Shown: piece by piece, positions 19,114 to 29,875 of the stretch
Position numbering within the stretch: the stretch's first letter is position 1
Layout: each line of letters starts with the position of its first letter
DNA from: Candidatus Enterousia sp.
Lineage (GTDB): Bacteria > Pseudomonadota > Alphaproteobacteria > Rs-D84
DNA: 64,000 bases
Direction of reading: 5' to 3'
Assembly (NCBI GenBank): GCA_045657405.1
Contig: JAZOTB010000002.1
Location: 32,523 to 96,522, forward strand
Position numbers and translations under genes: made by a program
Notes under the pieces: model-generated
What the model was told of the DNA's origin: nothing
Seen by the model: the letters and a program-made list of their open reading frames with translations, nothing else
Database searches by the model: none

Positions 19114-19527
19114 ATGAAAATTAAAAATTTTGCTTTGTTGGCTGGTATTGCAGGTATGTTGGCTGCATGCGGTGGTTCTATTGTTGAACCTGCTGACTTG
19201 AACGATCAACGCGTTTTCTTTGATTTTAATTCTGCAGAAATCTCAAAGGAAGCTAAGAACAACCTGTTGGGTCAGGCTTTGTATATGAAAAACCACAACG
19301 ATGTTAAAATCCAAATCGCAGGTAACTGTGACGAACGTGGTTCAACAGAATACAACTTGGCATTGGGCGCACGTCGTGCAAATGCAGCAAAAGAAGTTAT
19401 CGTAAATGATGGTATTGATGCAAAACGCATTTCTACAATCTCTTATGGTAAGGAACGCCCATTGGTAAAAGGCACAGGCGAAAAGGTTTGGAAAATGAAC
19501 CGTAACGCAACAACAACTGTAAAATAA
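19114..19527 (+). CDS. pal: peptidoglycan-associated lipoprotein
   Basis: Lipobox LAAC. OmpA-like domain VFFDFNSAEI...GNCDERGSTEYNLALGARRANAAKE. GGGAG SD. Confidence 0.85.
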   Translation: MKIKNFALLAGIAGMLAACGGSIVEPADLNDQRVFFDFNSAEISKEAKNNLLGQALYMKNHNDVKIQIAGNCDERGSTEYNLALGARRANAAKEVIVNDGIDAKRISTISYGKERPLVKGTGEKVWKMNRNATTTVK

Positions 19528-19550
19528 TTCAGTTATTGCGAAAAAATTAA

Positions 19551-19575
19551 CACCCCAGATTGGGGTGTTTTTTTA
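19551..19575 (+). terminator. intrinsic terminator after pal
   Basis: CACCCCA-gat-TGGGGTG followed by T8. Confidence 0.75.
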
Positions 19576-19589
19576 TTCTGTTATTCTAA

Positions 19590-19618
19590 TTGACAAATCG
19601 TATTTTTTGTATTATAAA
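19590..19618 (+). promoter_or_regulatory. sigma-70-type promoter TTGACA-17-TATAAA, 6 nt upstream of the radical SAM ATG
   Basis: -35 at 19590..19595, -10 at 19613..19618, ATG at 19625. No SD, so the mRNA is predicted to be leaderless. Confidence 0.5.
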
Positions 19619-19624
19619 CACTAC

Positions 19625-20626
19625 ATGAAACAAATTAAAAATATCTTTAGCAATATCACTGATTATTTCATGCCAATTGGTGGATACGTCCGCAATTTGA
19701 AATACGTAATAGTATTCAAAACAACACATTGGTGCTGGTACAACTGTCCGCACTGTTGCGAAAACGCAGGCCCACACAGACCCCGCGAATTTATGCCAGA
19801 AAATATTATTAAATACTATGTAAACCAAGCAAACAAAGACCCACGATTTGATAAAAGCGTTGTTTTGACAGGCGGAGAAATCATGGCTTCTTATAAATTC
19901 GGCCCACAAAATTATGTTTCTAATATCATGAAACATATAATGGATTCTGGTATAGGTCTGGACATAAAAACAAATGGCGCATGGGTACGAACTTCGTTAA
20001 AAAAAACTATTATTGATGACATCAAAGATATGGCAGAAAAATATCAAAAAGGCGTATCCTTGTTTCAAATTTCTTTGTCTGTGGATAAATTTCACCAAAA
20101 TTCAATAGAAAATAACCACGAAATCATTCGTGAACTTGCAAAAATCAAAAACAGCAGAGTTCTAGTACACGTATCTGGTTTCAACGACCAAGAAATTATT
20201 ATGAATCAATTTATAAACAAATTAAAAAACGACACCAGTTTGAAAGTTGAATTTTTGCATATGTTATCCGGAAACTCTGCATTTGTACCTGTAATTGCAA
20301 TAAACAATGGTGCGGTCATATTACAACCATCAACAAACGCACAACTATTTAACGGTGGACGTGCTGCCAATTTACCAGACGCAAAACCAATTGAATACCC
20401 ACAATTTAGCATTCTAACAAGTAATCTTCGTATATTAATGGCGTTTGACACGATGGGCAACGTAACATTGGGCGAAAATTCTGGACGCAAAATACACACA
20501 AAATGGCAAAACACAGACGGTACCCCACGTCCGCTGACTGACATACAACGTGATTTAATAAAATCCGCACAATACGAAGAAATTCGCCAACTATTAATTA
20601 ACACAAAAAATATATTTACAAAATAA
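19625..20626 (+). CDS. radical SAM domain protein, function unknown
   Basis: Start trimmed to MKQIKNIF (the track start 19565 lies inside the pal terminator). CX3CX2C motif CWYNCPHC, followed by LTGGE (SAM-binding GGE-like). No SPASM-type C-terminal Cys cluster. Confidence 0.7.
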   Translation: MKQIKNIFSNITDYFMPIGGYVRNLKYVIVFKTTHWCWYNCPHCCENAGPHRPREFMPENIIKYYVNQANKDPRFDKSVVLTGGEIMASYKFGPQNYVSNIMKHIMDSGIGLDIKTNGAWVRTSLKKTIIDDIKDMAEKYQKGVSLFQISLSVDKFHQNSIENNHEIIRELAKIKNSRVLVHVSGFNDQEIIMNQFINKLKNDTSLKVEFLHMLSGNSAFVPVIAINNGAVILQPSTNAQLFNGGRAANLPDAKPIEYPQFSILTSNLRILMAFDTMGNVTLGENSGRKIHTKWQNTDGTPRPLTDIQRDLIKSAQYEEIRQLLINTKNIFTK

Positions 20627-20627
20627 T

Positions 20628-20657
20628 AAAAAAACCGGTAAACACCGGTTTTTTTAA
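20628..20657. terminator. bidirectional intrinsic terminator
   Basis: A-run, ACCGGT-aaac-ACCGGT, T7. Confidence 0.7.
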
Positions 20658-20662
20658 CATTT

Positions 20663-21541
20663 TTATTTAGATAGTTTTTCAACCAACTCAAACAATTGTG
20701 TACGCGTTGAAAAAAACAATGTTATACTACCTGCCCCACCACGACGTTCCGATAGCTTTGCGGGAACACCCAAAACTTTGGATATTTTCTTTTCAATATC
20801 ACGAACTGTTGCAGCATCAATAGTTTTAGACACGTGTTTTTTTGCACCGGATGCACGTGGCGCAGACTTTACCAATTTATCCGTATCAACAACAGATAAT
20901 TTACCTGCAATAATCTTGTGAGCTAATTCTTCTGGATTTTCGGCAACAGCAATTGTACGCGCATGTGATGCACTTAATTCACCCTGCTCCACTAAATTTT
21001 GTACACTATCTGGCAAAGACGTTAATCGCAACATATTACGAATATAACTTTCTGATTTACCAATCAAACGTGAAACATCTGGCAATTCATAATCACAACA
21101 TTCCATTAGTCTTTTATATGCGCTTGCCTCTTCTATTGGATTAAGGTTTTCACGTTGCACATTTTCAATCAACGCAATTTCCATCGCATTGGTATCATCA
21201 ATCGTTTTAACAAGCGCAGGTATTTCAGACAACCCTGCCATCTTTGATGCACGATAACGACGTTCACCCGCAACGATTTCATACAAAAAAGAACCATTTT
21301 TAACACTTCGCAACAATATCGGCTGTAAAACCCCCTTCTCTTTTATAGAAGCTGCCAAATCCGCCAATTCAGAATCTGTAAAAGTTTTACGTGGCTGATC
21401 CGGATTCGTACCAATCTGGTACAACGGTATTTGCTTTACAACGACACGTTCTGTCGGCGTTAACAAAGAAATATCTGGTATAGTACCACGCGCAGACTGC
21501 AAATCAGCCAACCCACGCCCTAATCCAAATTTATTCGCCAT
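20663..21541 (-). CDS. parB: chromosome partitioning protein ParB
   Basis: ParB box GLGRGL; NPDQPRK; EIVAGERRYRASKMAGL; HTH region. Confidence 0.9.
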   Translation of the reverse strand: MANKFGLGRGLADLQSARGTIPDISLLTPTERVVVKQIPLYQIGTNPDQPRKTFTDSELADLAASIKEKGVLQPILLRSVKNGSFLYEIVAGERRYRASKMAGLSEIPALVKTIDDTNAMEIALIENVQRENLNPIEEASAYKRLMECCDYELPDVSRLIGKSESYIRNMLRLTSLPDSVQNLVEQGELSASHARTIAVAENPEELAHKIIAGKLSVVDTDKLVKSAPRASGAKKHVSKTIDAATVRDIEKKISKVLGVPAKLSERRGGAGSITLFFSTRTQLFELVEKLSK

Positions 21542-22313
21542 CTATACCTCCTTCGGTTCTTTGAACAAGTTCTGTTGCAACACGTAAATAAGCCTGTGCA
21601 CCACTGGAATTAAAATCATAAAATAATGCCGGCTTTCCATGACTTGGCGCCTCAGACACACGAACATTACGTGGCACCACAGTTTTGAACACTTTGTCAC
21701 CAAACACAGAACGCACATCATCATCAACAGCACGTGTCACGTTATATCTACGCTCGTACATAGTTAATAAAACACCCAAGATATCTAAACCAGGATTCCA
21801 TTTTTCTTTAACAATAGAAATAGTATCTGTTAATTGTTGAACACCCTCTAGAGCAAAAAACTCACACTGCAACGGAATAACAACACTGTCCGCAGCAGCA
21901 AGAGCGTTTATTGTCAAATACCCCAACGCAGGTGGACAATCTAATAAAACATAATCATAATAATCATCAACCTGTAACAACGCATCACGCAGACGATATT
22001 CACGATTATCCATATCTAACAAATCAATATCTGCACCCGCTAGCGCCTGAGAAGATGGCAACAAATGCAAATTAGGAACCGCAGTAGTCAATATATTATC
22101 CGTGATATTAGCACTACCCATAATAACACCATACGCACTTTGACGATGCGAAGCACGAACAAAGCCAAGCCCTGTGCCCGCATTACCCTGAGGATCTAAA
22201 TCAACCAACAAAACCCGTCTTTTAATTGTAGCCAAAGACGCACCTATATTAATTGCGGTTGTTGTCTTGCCAACACCGCCTTTTTGATTCGCAAACGCAA
22301 TTACTTTTGCCAT
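21531..22313 (-). CDS. parA: chromosome partitioning ATPase ParA (Soj)
   Basis: Deviant Walker A NQKGGVGKTTTAINI; LLVDLDPQGNA; overlaps parB by 11 nt. Confidence 0.9.
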   Translation of the reverse strand: MAKVIAFANQKGGVGKTTTAINIGASLATIKRRVLLVDLDPQGNAGTGLGFVRASHRQSAYGVIMGSANITDNILTTAVPNLHLLPSSQALAGADIDLLDMDNREYRLRDALLQVDDYYDYVLLDCPPALGYLTINALAAADSVVIPLQCEFFALEGVQQLTDTISIVKEKWNPGLDILGVLLTMYERRYNVTRAVDDDVRSVFGDKVFKTVVPRNVRVSEAPSHGKPALFYDFNSSGAQAYLRVATELVQRTEGGIDGE

Positions 22314-22406
22314 TTCCCTTTCCTATTATTAACAATAACAAATATATAAAATCCAAATGATTCGGTCAAGAATTAAAAAACACAATAAAAACAAAACATT
22401 ATTATA

Positions 22407-22422
22407 TATTTCACACGAAATA
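22407..22422. promoter_or_regulatory. parS-like site 1 (TATTTCACACGAAATA)
   Basis: 12/16 match to the canonical TGTTTCACGTGAAACA. Its outer arms TATTTC/GAAATA are palindromic. It sits about 95 bp upstream of parA. Confidence 0.4.
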
Positions 22423-22514
22423 AGACTAAAATCAACAACTAACAAAAACCGGCTTTTACCGGCTTTTTACAACATATACAAACAAAAACAAACAAATAAC
22501 AACAAGTTAACAAA

Positions 22515-22530
22515 TATTTCACATGAAATT
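22515..22530. promoter_or_regulatory. parS-like site 2 (TATTTCACATGAAATT)
   Basis: Core TTTCAC-ATGAAA has one mismatch to the canonical parS core. It shares ATATTTCACA(C/T)GAAAT with site 1 and abuts the rsmG stop codon. Confidence 0.45.
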
Positions 22531-22531
22531 A

Positions 22532-23089
22532 TCACTTAAAACGAACAGCAATTATAAAACCATCACCAGTTTTTGACGGAATCAAATCATATTCAAAACA
22601 ATATTTCTTTTTTGCCTCTGAAACTTCAGCTTCTATTTCCCGGCCTTTTAATAAAAAAAGCCGGTATTTTGTATGTGCAACATAATCCATTATCTTTGTC
22701 AACGACGCAAACGCACGTGCAGTAAAGACATATTTATCGCTTTTTACCGGTAAATGCCGGACAAAATCTTCTACGCGACCATGATAAATCGTCAAATTAC
22801 CCAAGTTTAATTTTTCTTTTACCGCCGATAAAAACGCCACTTTTTTACCAATAGATTCTATACAAGTGACACGCCAACCAAGTATTGCCAAAACAACACC
22901 CGGAAAACCGGCACCACTACCCAAATCTATAATTTCTGCATCTGCAGGCAAAACATCTGCCAACTGTGCCGAATCAGCAATATGACGATTTTGTATATCA
23001 TTTAGTGTGCTGGGCGCAACAAGATTCATACGTTGTGACCACTGACGCAATAAATTTTCATACTCTTGAAATTTGACATTATTATTCAT
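22532..23089 (-). CDS. rsmG: 16S rRNA (guanine527-N7)-methyltransferase
   Basis: RsmG/GidB pattern: HI.DS..L, SAM motif IDLGSGAGFPG, ARA.A.L. Confidence 0.85.
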   Translation of the reverse strand: MNNNVKFQEYENLLRQWSQRMNLVAPSTLNDIQNRHIADSAQLADVLPADAEIIDLGSGAGFPGVVLAILGWRVTCIESIGKKVAFLSAVKEKLNLGNLTIYHGRVEDFVRHLPVKSDKYVFTARAFASLTKIMDYVAHTKYRLFLLKGREIEAEVSEAKKKYCFEYDLIPSKTGDGFIIAVRFK

Positions 23090-23110
23090 AAAGAGTATTC
23101 TATCATAATC

Positions 23111-24730
23111 ATGAGAAAAATTGAACGTTTATTTATTACAACAAGTCTGTTTGCTGTTTTGGCTGTAACAGGTGCGACTGTATGGAAATATACGCACCAA
23201 GAAAACACAAACAAAACATTAACCAGTACACCATCAAATAAATTTGGTGACTTTTTGGCTGCGCAACACGCAATATATGTAAATGATTTTGAAACTGCAA
23301 TCAACCTGACACAGTCATTAAAAGATACGCAGTACACAATTGTTCACAATACTAAAATAATGTCTGAATTTTTAAGTGGCCGCATCCCAACAGATGCAAA
23401 ACTATTAAAAAACGAAAAAACGCTGCCTGCACAATTTATTTATGACGCATATTTGCTACATAATAACAACTGGAAGGAATTGCACAACAGACACAAAACA
23501 GATGAAAGCGCACTGATTTCACCATTTAGAATATGGTCTGCAATTGCAAATGATTGGCGTACAAACACATTTAAGTTTATTGAAAAACTGCCAACAAACG
23601 AATCTTGGCGCGCATTTATACGCGGTCAAATTTATGCAGAAAACGGGCAATTTGATGATGCTGCAAAGCATTTTGAACAGGTAACACCTGATTTTATGAA
23701 CATTAATGATTATTTGTATTTAATGTCTTTTTATACGCATCACGACATGCAAGACAAAGCAGATACATTAAAACAAAAATTCACATCCAAACCATCAGGA
23801 ATGTTTCTAATCGGATACGATAATATACCCGATTGGTCTGTGTATTCCGGATACAAAAATGCACTTGCTTTCAGTTTATTGCAAAATGTATCCCACACAC
23901 AAATATTGATGTATTCTGATTTGGCAATGCTGATGTTACGTTTTGCACAAATAACAGCACCTGATTTTGCAAAAAACATTGATGCCATAGACTATTATTT
24001 AGGTCAATTCTTTTACACAAACATCGGTGATTATCAGAAGCATTTTGATAAAATAGAACCAAAAAGCCCTTTCTATCCATTTGTTGCGCTGCGAAACGCA
24101 GAAAAAACTAACGATATCGCAAAATTAGAATCATCTTTGAAAGAACATCCAATGTTTGTACCTGCGATTAATAAAATTGTTGGTCATCACATAAAAAATG
24201 GCAACAAGCGCGATGCACTGCGAACAATTAACAACGCAATGAAACACAAGAGCTTAGATGAATCGAGCAGGGCGTTTTTTGCAAAAATACGCGCACAAAT
24301 TTATTATTCTTTTGGCGATTTTGATGATGCGCAATCTGATATAAAGTTTGCTTCAGACACAATGCCTGTTGACAAAGAAATCTTAGGCCTGCAAGCCAAG
24401 ATATGGGCGGCACAGAACCGAGAAATAGAAAATGCCTATGACTATGCAATGACTTTGGTTGCAAAAAACCCAAGCGATATCGCTGCATGGGATGTACTGG
24501 GGCGTGTCGTTGCTGTACGCGAGGGTGCTGTCGCAGCACTTGAGGTACTGGAACGAGTAGGGGAAGTATCGCAAACACATTCGCCACTATATTTGCATCT
24601 AGGGGACTTGTATATTGAAGTTGGCGAATATGAAAACGCGCGAAAGGCATATATGCGCGCAATTGATTTATCTGATGATGGATTAATAGTTGTCCCTGAA
24701 ATTGAAAGAAAAATAAGGAAATTAAAATGA
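23111..24730 (+). CDS. membrane-anchored TPR/helical-repeat protein, function unknown
   Basis: Start trimmed to MRKIERLFITTSLFAVLAVTGATVW (signal or anchor). The C-terminal half has clear TPR-like repeats (...GDLYIEVGEYENARKAYMRAIDL). Confidence 0.6.
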   Translation: MRKIERLFITTSLFAVLAVTGATVWKYTHQENTNKTLTSTPSNKFGDFLAAQHAIYVNDFETAINLTQSLKDTQYTIVHNTKIMSEFLSGRIPTDAKLLKNEKTLPAQFIYDAYLLHNNNWKELHNRHKTDESALISPFRIWSAIANDWRTNTFKFIEKLPTNESWRAFIRGQIYAENGQFDDAAKHFEQVTPDFMNINDYLYLMSFYTHHDMQDKADTLKQKFTSKPSGMFLIGYDNIPDWSVYSGYKNALAFSLLQNVSHTQILMYSDLAMLMLRFAQITAPDFAKNIDAIDYYLGQFFYTNIGDYQKHFDKIEPKSPFYPFVALRNAEKTNDIAKLESSLKEHPMFVPAINKIVGHHIKNGNKRDALRTINNAMKHKSLDESSRAFFAKIRAQIYYSFGDFDDAQSDIKFASDTMPVDKEILGLQAKIWAAQNREIENAYDYAMTLVAKNPSDIAAWDVLGRVVAVREGAVAALEVLERVGEVSQTHSPLYLHLGDLYIEVGEYENARKAYMRAIDLSDDGLIVVPEIERKIRKLK

Positions 24731-25590
24731 AAGTAGCCGTTATTGGAGCTGGTGCATGGGGTACCGCACTGGCAATTACTGCGTCACGTGGTGGCACAGA
24801 AACAATATTGTGGTCTTATGATGGTCAATACAAAAAATTTGAAAACGTTGAAAAGCCACAAAATTTATATATTACAAAAAATATAGCAGAAACCAAAGAA
24901 ACCGACGCTTGGCTGATTGTAACACCTTCTGCTTTTTTTCGTGAGACACTAAAAAAAGCACGCGAATTTTATAATGGACAACCAGTTATAATATGCACAA
25001 AAGGTGCAGAATGTTCAACAGGACAGTTTATGTCTGAAATTCTGCAAGACGTATTACCAGAATGTTATGACTTTGGCGTATTATCTGGACCTCAGTTCGC
25101 AGCAGAGGTTGCACAAGGGGTTCCAACTGGTTCAACATTGGCAGGAACACGCAATGCGGTTGTAGCAGGCCAGCAAATACTAAACAAACTGTATCTAGAA
25201 GTAATCTCTGACGTCATAGGAACAGAAATTTGTGGCGTTGGCAAAAATGCGGCCGCACTGATTAGTGGTTATAACTCTGTTATGACACGCGGCGAAAATG
25301 AACGCGCCCTGTTGTTTACACGCGTGTGGAACGACATTGTAAATATAGGTATCGCATCTGGCGCAAATACCGCCACATTTCTAGGTCTTTGCGGCCTTGG
25401 TGATTTATATCTATCTGCAACCAGCCCAACCAGTAGAAATTATTCTGGCGGCATAGCAATCGCAAAAGGACAACCACCAGAAGGAACAGTAGAAGGAATT
25501 CACGCTTTGTGCGGTTTGATAGAACGCGCAAAATCACTTGGGGTTGATGTTCCTATACTGATTGAAATGAAAGAAAAACTAAAAATATAA
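24727..25590 (+). CDS. gpsA: NAD(P)H-dependent glycerol-3-phosphate dehydrogenase
   Basis: MKVAVIGAGAWGTALA Rossmann start; ICTKG; GPQFA.EVA; GLGDL.LT/SATS motif. Short form, 287 aa. Confidence 0.85.
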   Translation: MKVAVIGAGAWGTALAITASRGGTETILWSYDGQYKKFENVEKPQNLYITKNIAETKETDAWLIVTPSAFFRETLKKAREFYNGQPVIICTKGAECSTGQFMSEILQDVLPECYDFGVLSGPQFAAEVAQGVPTGSTLAGTRNAVVAGQQILNKLYLEVISDVIGTEICGVGKNAAALISGYNSVMTRGENERALLFTRVWNDIVNIGIASGANTATFLGLCGLGDLYLSATSPTSRNYSGGIAIAKGQPPEGTVEGIHALCGLIERAKSLGVDVPILIEMKEKLKI

Positions 25591-25596
25591 AACATT

Positions 25597-25624
25597 AAAA
25601 AAAGCCGGTAAATACCGGCTTTTT

Positions 25625-25627
<3 letters not shown>
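25597..25627. terminator. bidirectional intrinsic terminator (GCCGGT-aaat-ACCGGC)
   Basis: A7, 6-bp GC stem, T7. The core is identical to the terminator at 53955..53985. Confidence 0.8.
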
Positions 25628-26677
<1,050 letters not shown>

Positions 26678-26790
26678 TTACCCCACTAAAATATTGATTT
26701 TTTTGAACTATAAATCACGATATGCAAAAAATCAAGGCAGCACGATAAATTTATTTGATTTATATTATATTATGTTATTATATGCCAGAC

Positions 26791-27135
26791 ATGAAACGTA
26801 ATACGATAAAAAAACATTCTGACTTTGTCGCGGGTGAATCTGACCCGATGGCACGTTGTGCTTATTTTCTTGTGCGCGCAAAACCTGCAAAATATCAAGA
26901 CGATGCACGGTATGGATTAATAGTCACAAAAAAAACTTTCAAACATGCAATAGACAGAAATCGTGCCAAACGTATGATACGTGACTGGATTGCGTATAAC
27001 GAGAACATGATGCGTAGTGATTGGGATTATATATTTATTATTAGACGCGATATATTAGATACAGACCGCGAATCTGGTCGTACTGCGATGAAAAAAGCGT
27101 TACAATACCTAAAAAATCAAGAAATTAATGCTTAA
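26791..27135 (+). CDS. rnpA: ribonuclease P protein component
   Basis: Start trimmed to MKRNTIKKHSDF. RNR motif AIDRNRAKRMIR. Overlaps yidD, as is typical. No rpmH is visible upstream. Confidence 0.75.
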   Translation: MKRNTIKKHSDFVAGESDPMARCAYFLVRAKPAKYQDDARYGLIVTKKTFKHAIDRNRAKRMIRDWIAYNENMMRSDWDYIFIIRRDILDTDRESGRTAMKKALQYLKNQEINA

Positions 27136-27346
27136 AAAAATAGCCATTTATCTGATACACTTCTATCAACAAGCAATATCTCCTGTTATTGGGGGCAGGG
27201 CAGCATGTAGGTTTATACCAACATGTAGCGAATATACAAAACAAGCCATTGAAAAATATGGAATTTATCGTGGTTGCGTACTAGGAATAAAACGTATTAG
27301 TAAATGTAGGCCAGGCGGAAAATTCGGATATGACCCTGTGCCTTGA
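27128..27346 (+). CDS. yidD: membrane protein insertion efficiency factor YidD
   Basis: YQ..ISP......CRF.PTCS.Y...AI...G...G......RI.KC.P pattern. Confidence 0.85.
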   Translation: MLKKIAIYLIHFYQQAISPVIGGRAACRFIPTCSEYTKQAIEKYGIYRGCVLGIKRISKCRPGGKFGYDPVP

Positions 27347-27370
27347 CAATGGCTGTTATTGTGATAGAAT
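27343..27370 (+). promoter_or_regulatory. sigma-70-type promoter TTGACA-16-TAGAAT for accBC
   Basis: -35 at 27343..27348 overlaps the yidD stop codon. -10 at 27365..27370. About 45 nt upstream of the accB ATG, which has an AAGGG SD. Confidence 0.5.
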
Positions 27371-27414
27371 TTACTTAATATGCAAGACAGAAAATAAAAC
27401 AAAAAGGGTTAAAA

Positions 27415-27849
27415 ATGTCTTTTCGTGCAACCGTTGAATCTATGTCTAAGATCATGGATGATATGGGGATTACAGAACTGAATTTAGAGCGTCAGTTTTT
27501 ATTTGGTGTATATCGCAAACATATTCATTTATCAAAACAACAGGTTGCAACAACAGTGGCTGTTGCACAATCTGATACAAAACAAGAAAAAACAATTCAA
27601 CAAAACCAAATAAGTGGTCATGCTTTGAAATCACCAATGGTTGGTGTCGTATATTTGGCACCAGAACCAGGCGCAGACACATTTGTTTCTGTTGGCAGTG
27701 CTGTTAAAGTCGGTGACACAGTTGCGCTGGTAGAAGCAATGAAAACATTCAACCCTATCAAATCTGACAAAGATGGCGTTGTCAAAGAAATCTTGGTAAA
27801 AGATGGGGCTGCCGTTGAATTTGACCAATCTTTAGTTGTTATTGAATAA
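27415..27849 (+). CDS. accB: acetyl-CoA carboxylase biotin carboxyl carrier protein
   Basis: C-terminal biotinyl domain with the biotinyl-Lys motif VEAMKTFN.I. 2-nt gap to accC. Confidence 0.85.
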   Translation: MSFRATVESMSKIMDDMGITELNLERQFLFGVYRKHIHLSKQQVATTVAVAQSDTKQEKTIQQNQISGHALKSPMVGVVYLAPEPGADTFVSVGSAVKVGDTVALVEAMKTFNPIKSDKDGVVKEILVKDGAAVEFDQSLVVIE

Positions 27850-27851
27850 TT

Positions 27852-29198
27852 ATGTCACAAATAAAAAAAGTTTTAATTGCAAATCGTGGTGAAATTGCAC
27901 TGCGTGTAATACGTGCATGTCGTGATATGGGCATTCGTACGGTTGCAGTATATTCAACTGCAGACAAAGATGCAATGCATGTTCAATTGGCAGACGAATC
28001 TGTATGTATTGGACCTGCATCCGTAAAAGATTCTTATTTGAATGAATCTGCAATTTTGACGGCTGCATTGCTAACAAATTCTGATGCAATTCATCCAGGA
28101 TATGGCTTTTTATCAGAACGCGCAGACTTTGCACACAAAGTTGAGCAACATGGAATGATTTGGATTGGTCCAAAACCAGAAATGATTTCTAAAATGGGCG
28201 ACAAGGTAAATGCAAAGAAAACTGCTATTGAATGCGGCCTGCCTGTTGTTCCTGGGTCTGACGGCGAATTAAAATCACTAGAAGACGCATTGGATACAGC
28301 AGAAAAAATTGGTTATCCTGTTATGTTAAAAGCGTCTGCAGGTGGTGGTGGACGTGGCATGCGTCCAGTAATGTCAGCAAAAGACATGGAAGAAGCATAT
28401 CAAATTACCAAAAACGAAGCAAAATCCTCATTTGGCGATGATACCTTGTACATGGAAAAATTATTGCTGCACCCAAGACATATTGAATTCCAAGTCCTGG
28501 GCGACATGTATGGTAATGTTGTAATATTTGGTGAACGTGACTGTTCGTTACAAAGACGAAATCAAAAAGTTATGGAAGAATGTCCAGCCGCTGCATTATC
28601 ACAAAAACAACGTGATGATATGATTGAAATCTGTAAATCAGCAGCAAAAAAGATGGGATATACCAATGCCGGAACTTTTGAATTTATGTTTGAAGATGGC
28701 AAGTTTTATTTCTTGGAAATGAATACTCGTTTACAAGTAGAACACCCTGTTACAGAAATGGTTTATGGGGTTGACTTGGTACGCGAACAAATTCGTGTTG
28801 CATCTGGCGAAAAGTTAGGATACACACAATCAAACGTTATTCCAAACGGACATGCAATTGAATTTCGTATAAATGCAGAAGATGCTGAAACATTTATACC
28901 AAATCCTGGAAAAATTACTTTATATGCGCCATCTGGTGGACTGGGGGTACGCGTTGACAGTGCTGTTTATACAGGATATACAATTCCACCAACATATGAT
29001 TCAATGATTGCAAAACTGATTGTTCATGCACAAAATAGACCGGCATGCATCATGCGCGCAACACGTGCATTGGATGAATTTGTCATAGAAGGTGTTAAAA
29101 CAACTATTCCTTTGCAAAAAAAACTGTTGGCAAACAAAGATGTGAAACAGTTAAAATTTGACAATCATTGGTTAGAAGAATTTCTAAAAAAGGATTAA
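27852..29198 (+). CDS. accC: acetyl-CoA carboxylase biotin carboxylase subunit
   Basis: [18 protein letters not shown]; [18 protein letters not shown]; [14 protein letters not shown]. Confidence 0.95.
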   Translation: MSQIKKVLIANRGEIALRVIRACRDMGIRTVAVYSTADKDAMHVQLADESVCIGPASVKDSYLNESAILTAALLTNSDAIHPGYGFLSERADFAHKVEQHGMIWIGPKPEMISKMGDKVNAKKTAIECGLPVVPGSDGELKSLEDALDTAEKIGYPVMLKASAGGGGRGMRPVMSAKDMEEAYQITKNEAKSSFGDDTLYMEKLLLHPRHIEFQVLGDMYGNVVIFGERDCSLQRRNQKVMEECPAAALSQKQRDDMIEICKSAAKKMGYTNAGTFEFMFEDGKFYFLEMNTRLQVEHPVTEMVYGVDLVREQIRVASGEKLGYTQSNVIPNGHAIEFRINAEDAETFIPNPGKITLYAPSGGLGVRVDSAVYTGYTIPPTYDSMIAKLIVHAQNRPACIMRATRALDEFVIEGVKTTIPLQKKLLANKDVKQLKFDNHWLEEFLKKD

Positions 29199-29226
29199 AA
29201 AAAGCCGGTAAAAACCGGCTTTTTTA
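29197..29226. terminator. bidirectional intrinsic terminator (GCCGGT-aaaa-ACCGGC)
   Basis: A7, 6-bp stem, T6. Confidence 0.8.
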
Positions 29227-29820
29227 TATCAAACACGCTAACGTTGCAGCGGCATTTTTTAACATAAACCAACCAATTCTATAATTTGTCGCATATACCG
29301 TAAACATAAACAATGCTAATATTGCAATAACTAATAAAACGCTGCCACGTTTTCCACGCATACAATATAGCGATATATTATAGAACAAAAACAAAATATA
29401 AATATCAACCAATAAACTGATTACCCATATTGATACACAATTAAATGCCAATGCATTTAATACCAATATCGCAGGATAAATAAAGAAAACAGATGCCAAC
29501 CCCTTGATAGCAATTTCCCAATCACGTTCTCCGCCGGTTATTTCCGATACAAGCATCAGTAATCCACCCATAACAAATAATAACGCAACTGCCAATACGG
29601 GAACAATTATAACAGCCGTAAAAATAGAACCTAATGTTATTGTTGCCCCACCCAGCAATCTGATTAATAAAACCAGCACACCACCCAATAGACCATATAA
29701 GAAAGCCTTTAACATGGATTCTTCTAGATTTCCATCAGCAACAATCTTGGTAAAATAACGTTTTGGATTAACTATTACAGATTTAATATGATTCAATGCA
29801 TTTTTTAATTTTTTCTTCAT
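29224..29820 (-). CDS. Yip1-domain-like integral membrane protein
   Basis: About 5 TM helices after a short soluble N-terminus (NPKRYF...). The topology resembles the Yip1/DUF1282 families. Confidence 0.45.
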   Translation of the reverse strand: MKKKLKNALNHIKSVIVNPKRYFTKIVADGNLEESMLKAFLYGLLGGVLVLLIRLLGGATITLGSIFTAVIIVPVLAVALLFVMGGLLMLVSEITGGERDWEIAIKGLASVFFIYPAILVLNALAFNCVSIWVISLLVDIYILFLFYNISLYCMRGKRGSVLLVIAILALFMFTVYATNYRIGWFMLKNAAATLACLI

Positions 29821-29875
29821 AGATAATACCCCTATTTGATTATTTATATTTTTGCTTTATAATTAAAAAAAATCA

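Noticed and set aside
20080-20088. Perfect DnaA box (TGTGGATAA, complement of TTATCCACA)
   Set aside because: It is a single copy inside the radical SAM coding region. There is no cluster of boxes or adjacent AT-rich DUE, so it is not evidence for oriC.
22445-22470. AACCGGCTTTTACCGGCTTTTT in the rsmG-parA spacer, which looks like the common terminator
   Set aside because: The two ACCGGC copies are direct repeats, not inverted ones. Only the self-complementary CCGG (4 bp) can pair, so I did not list it as a terminator.
24228-24797. 189-aa ORF on the - strand spanning the TPR-protein / gpsA junction
   Set aside because: It is antisense to two well-supported genes, and its translation is Pro/His/Gln-rich with no motifs.
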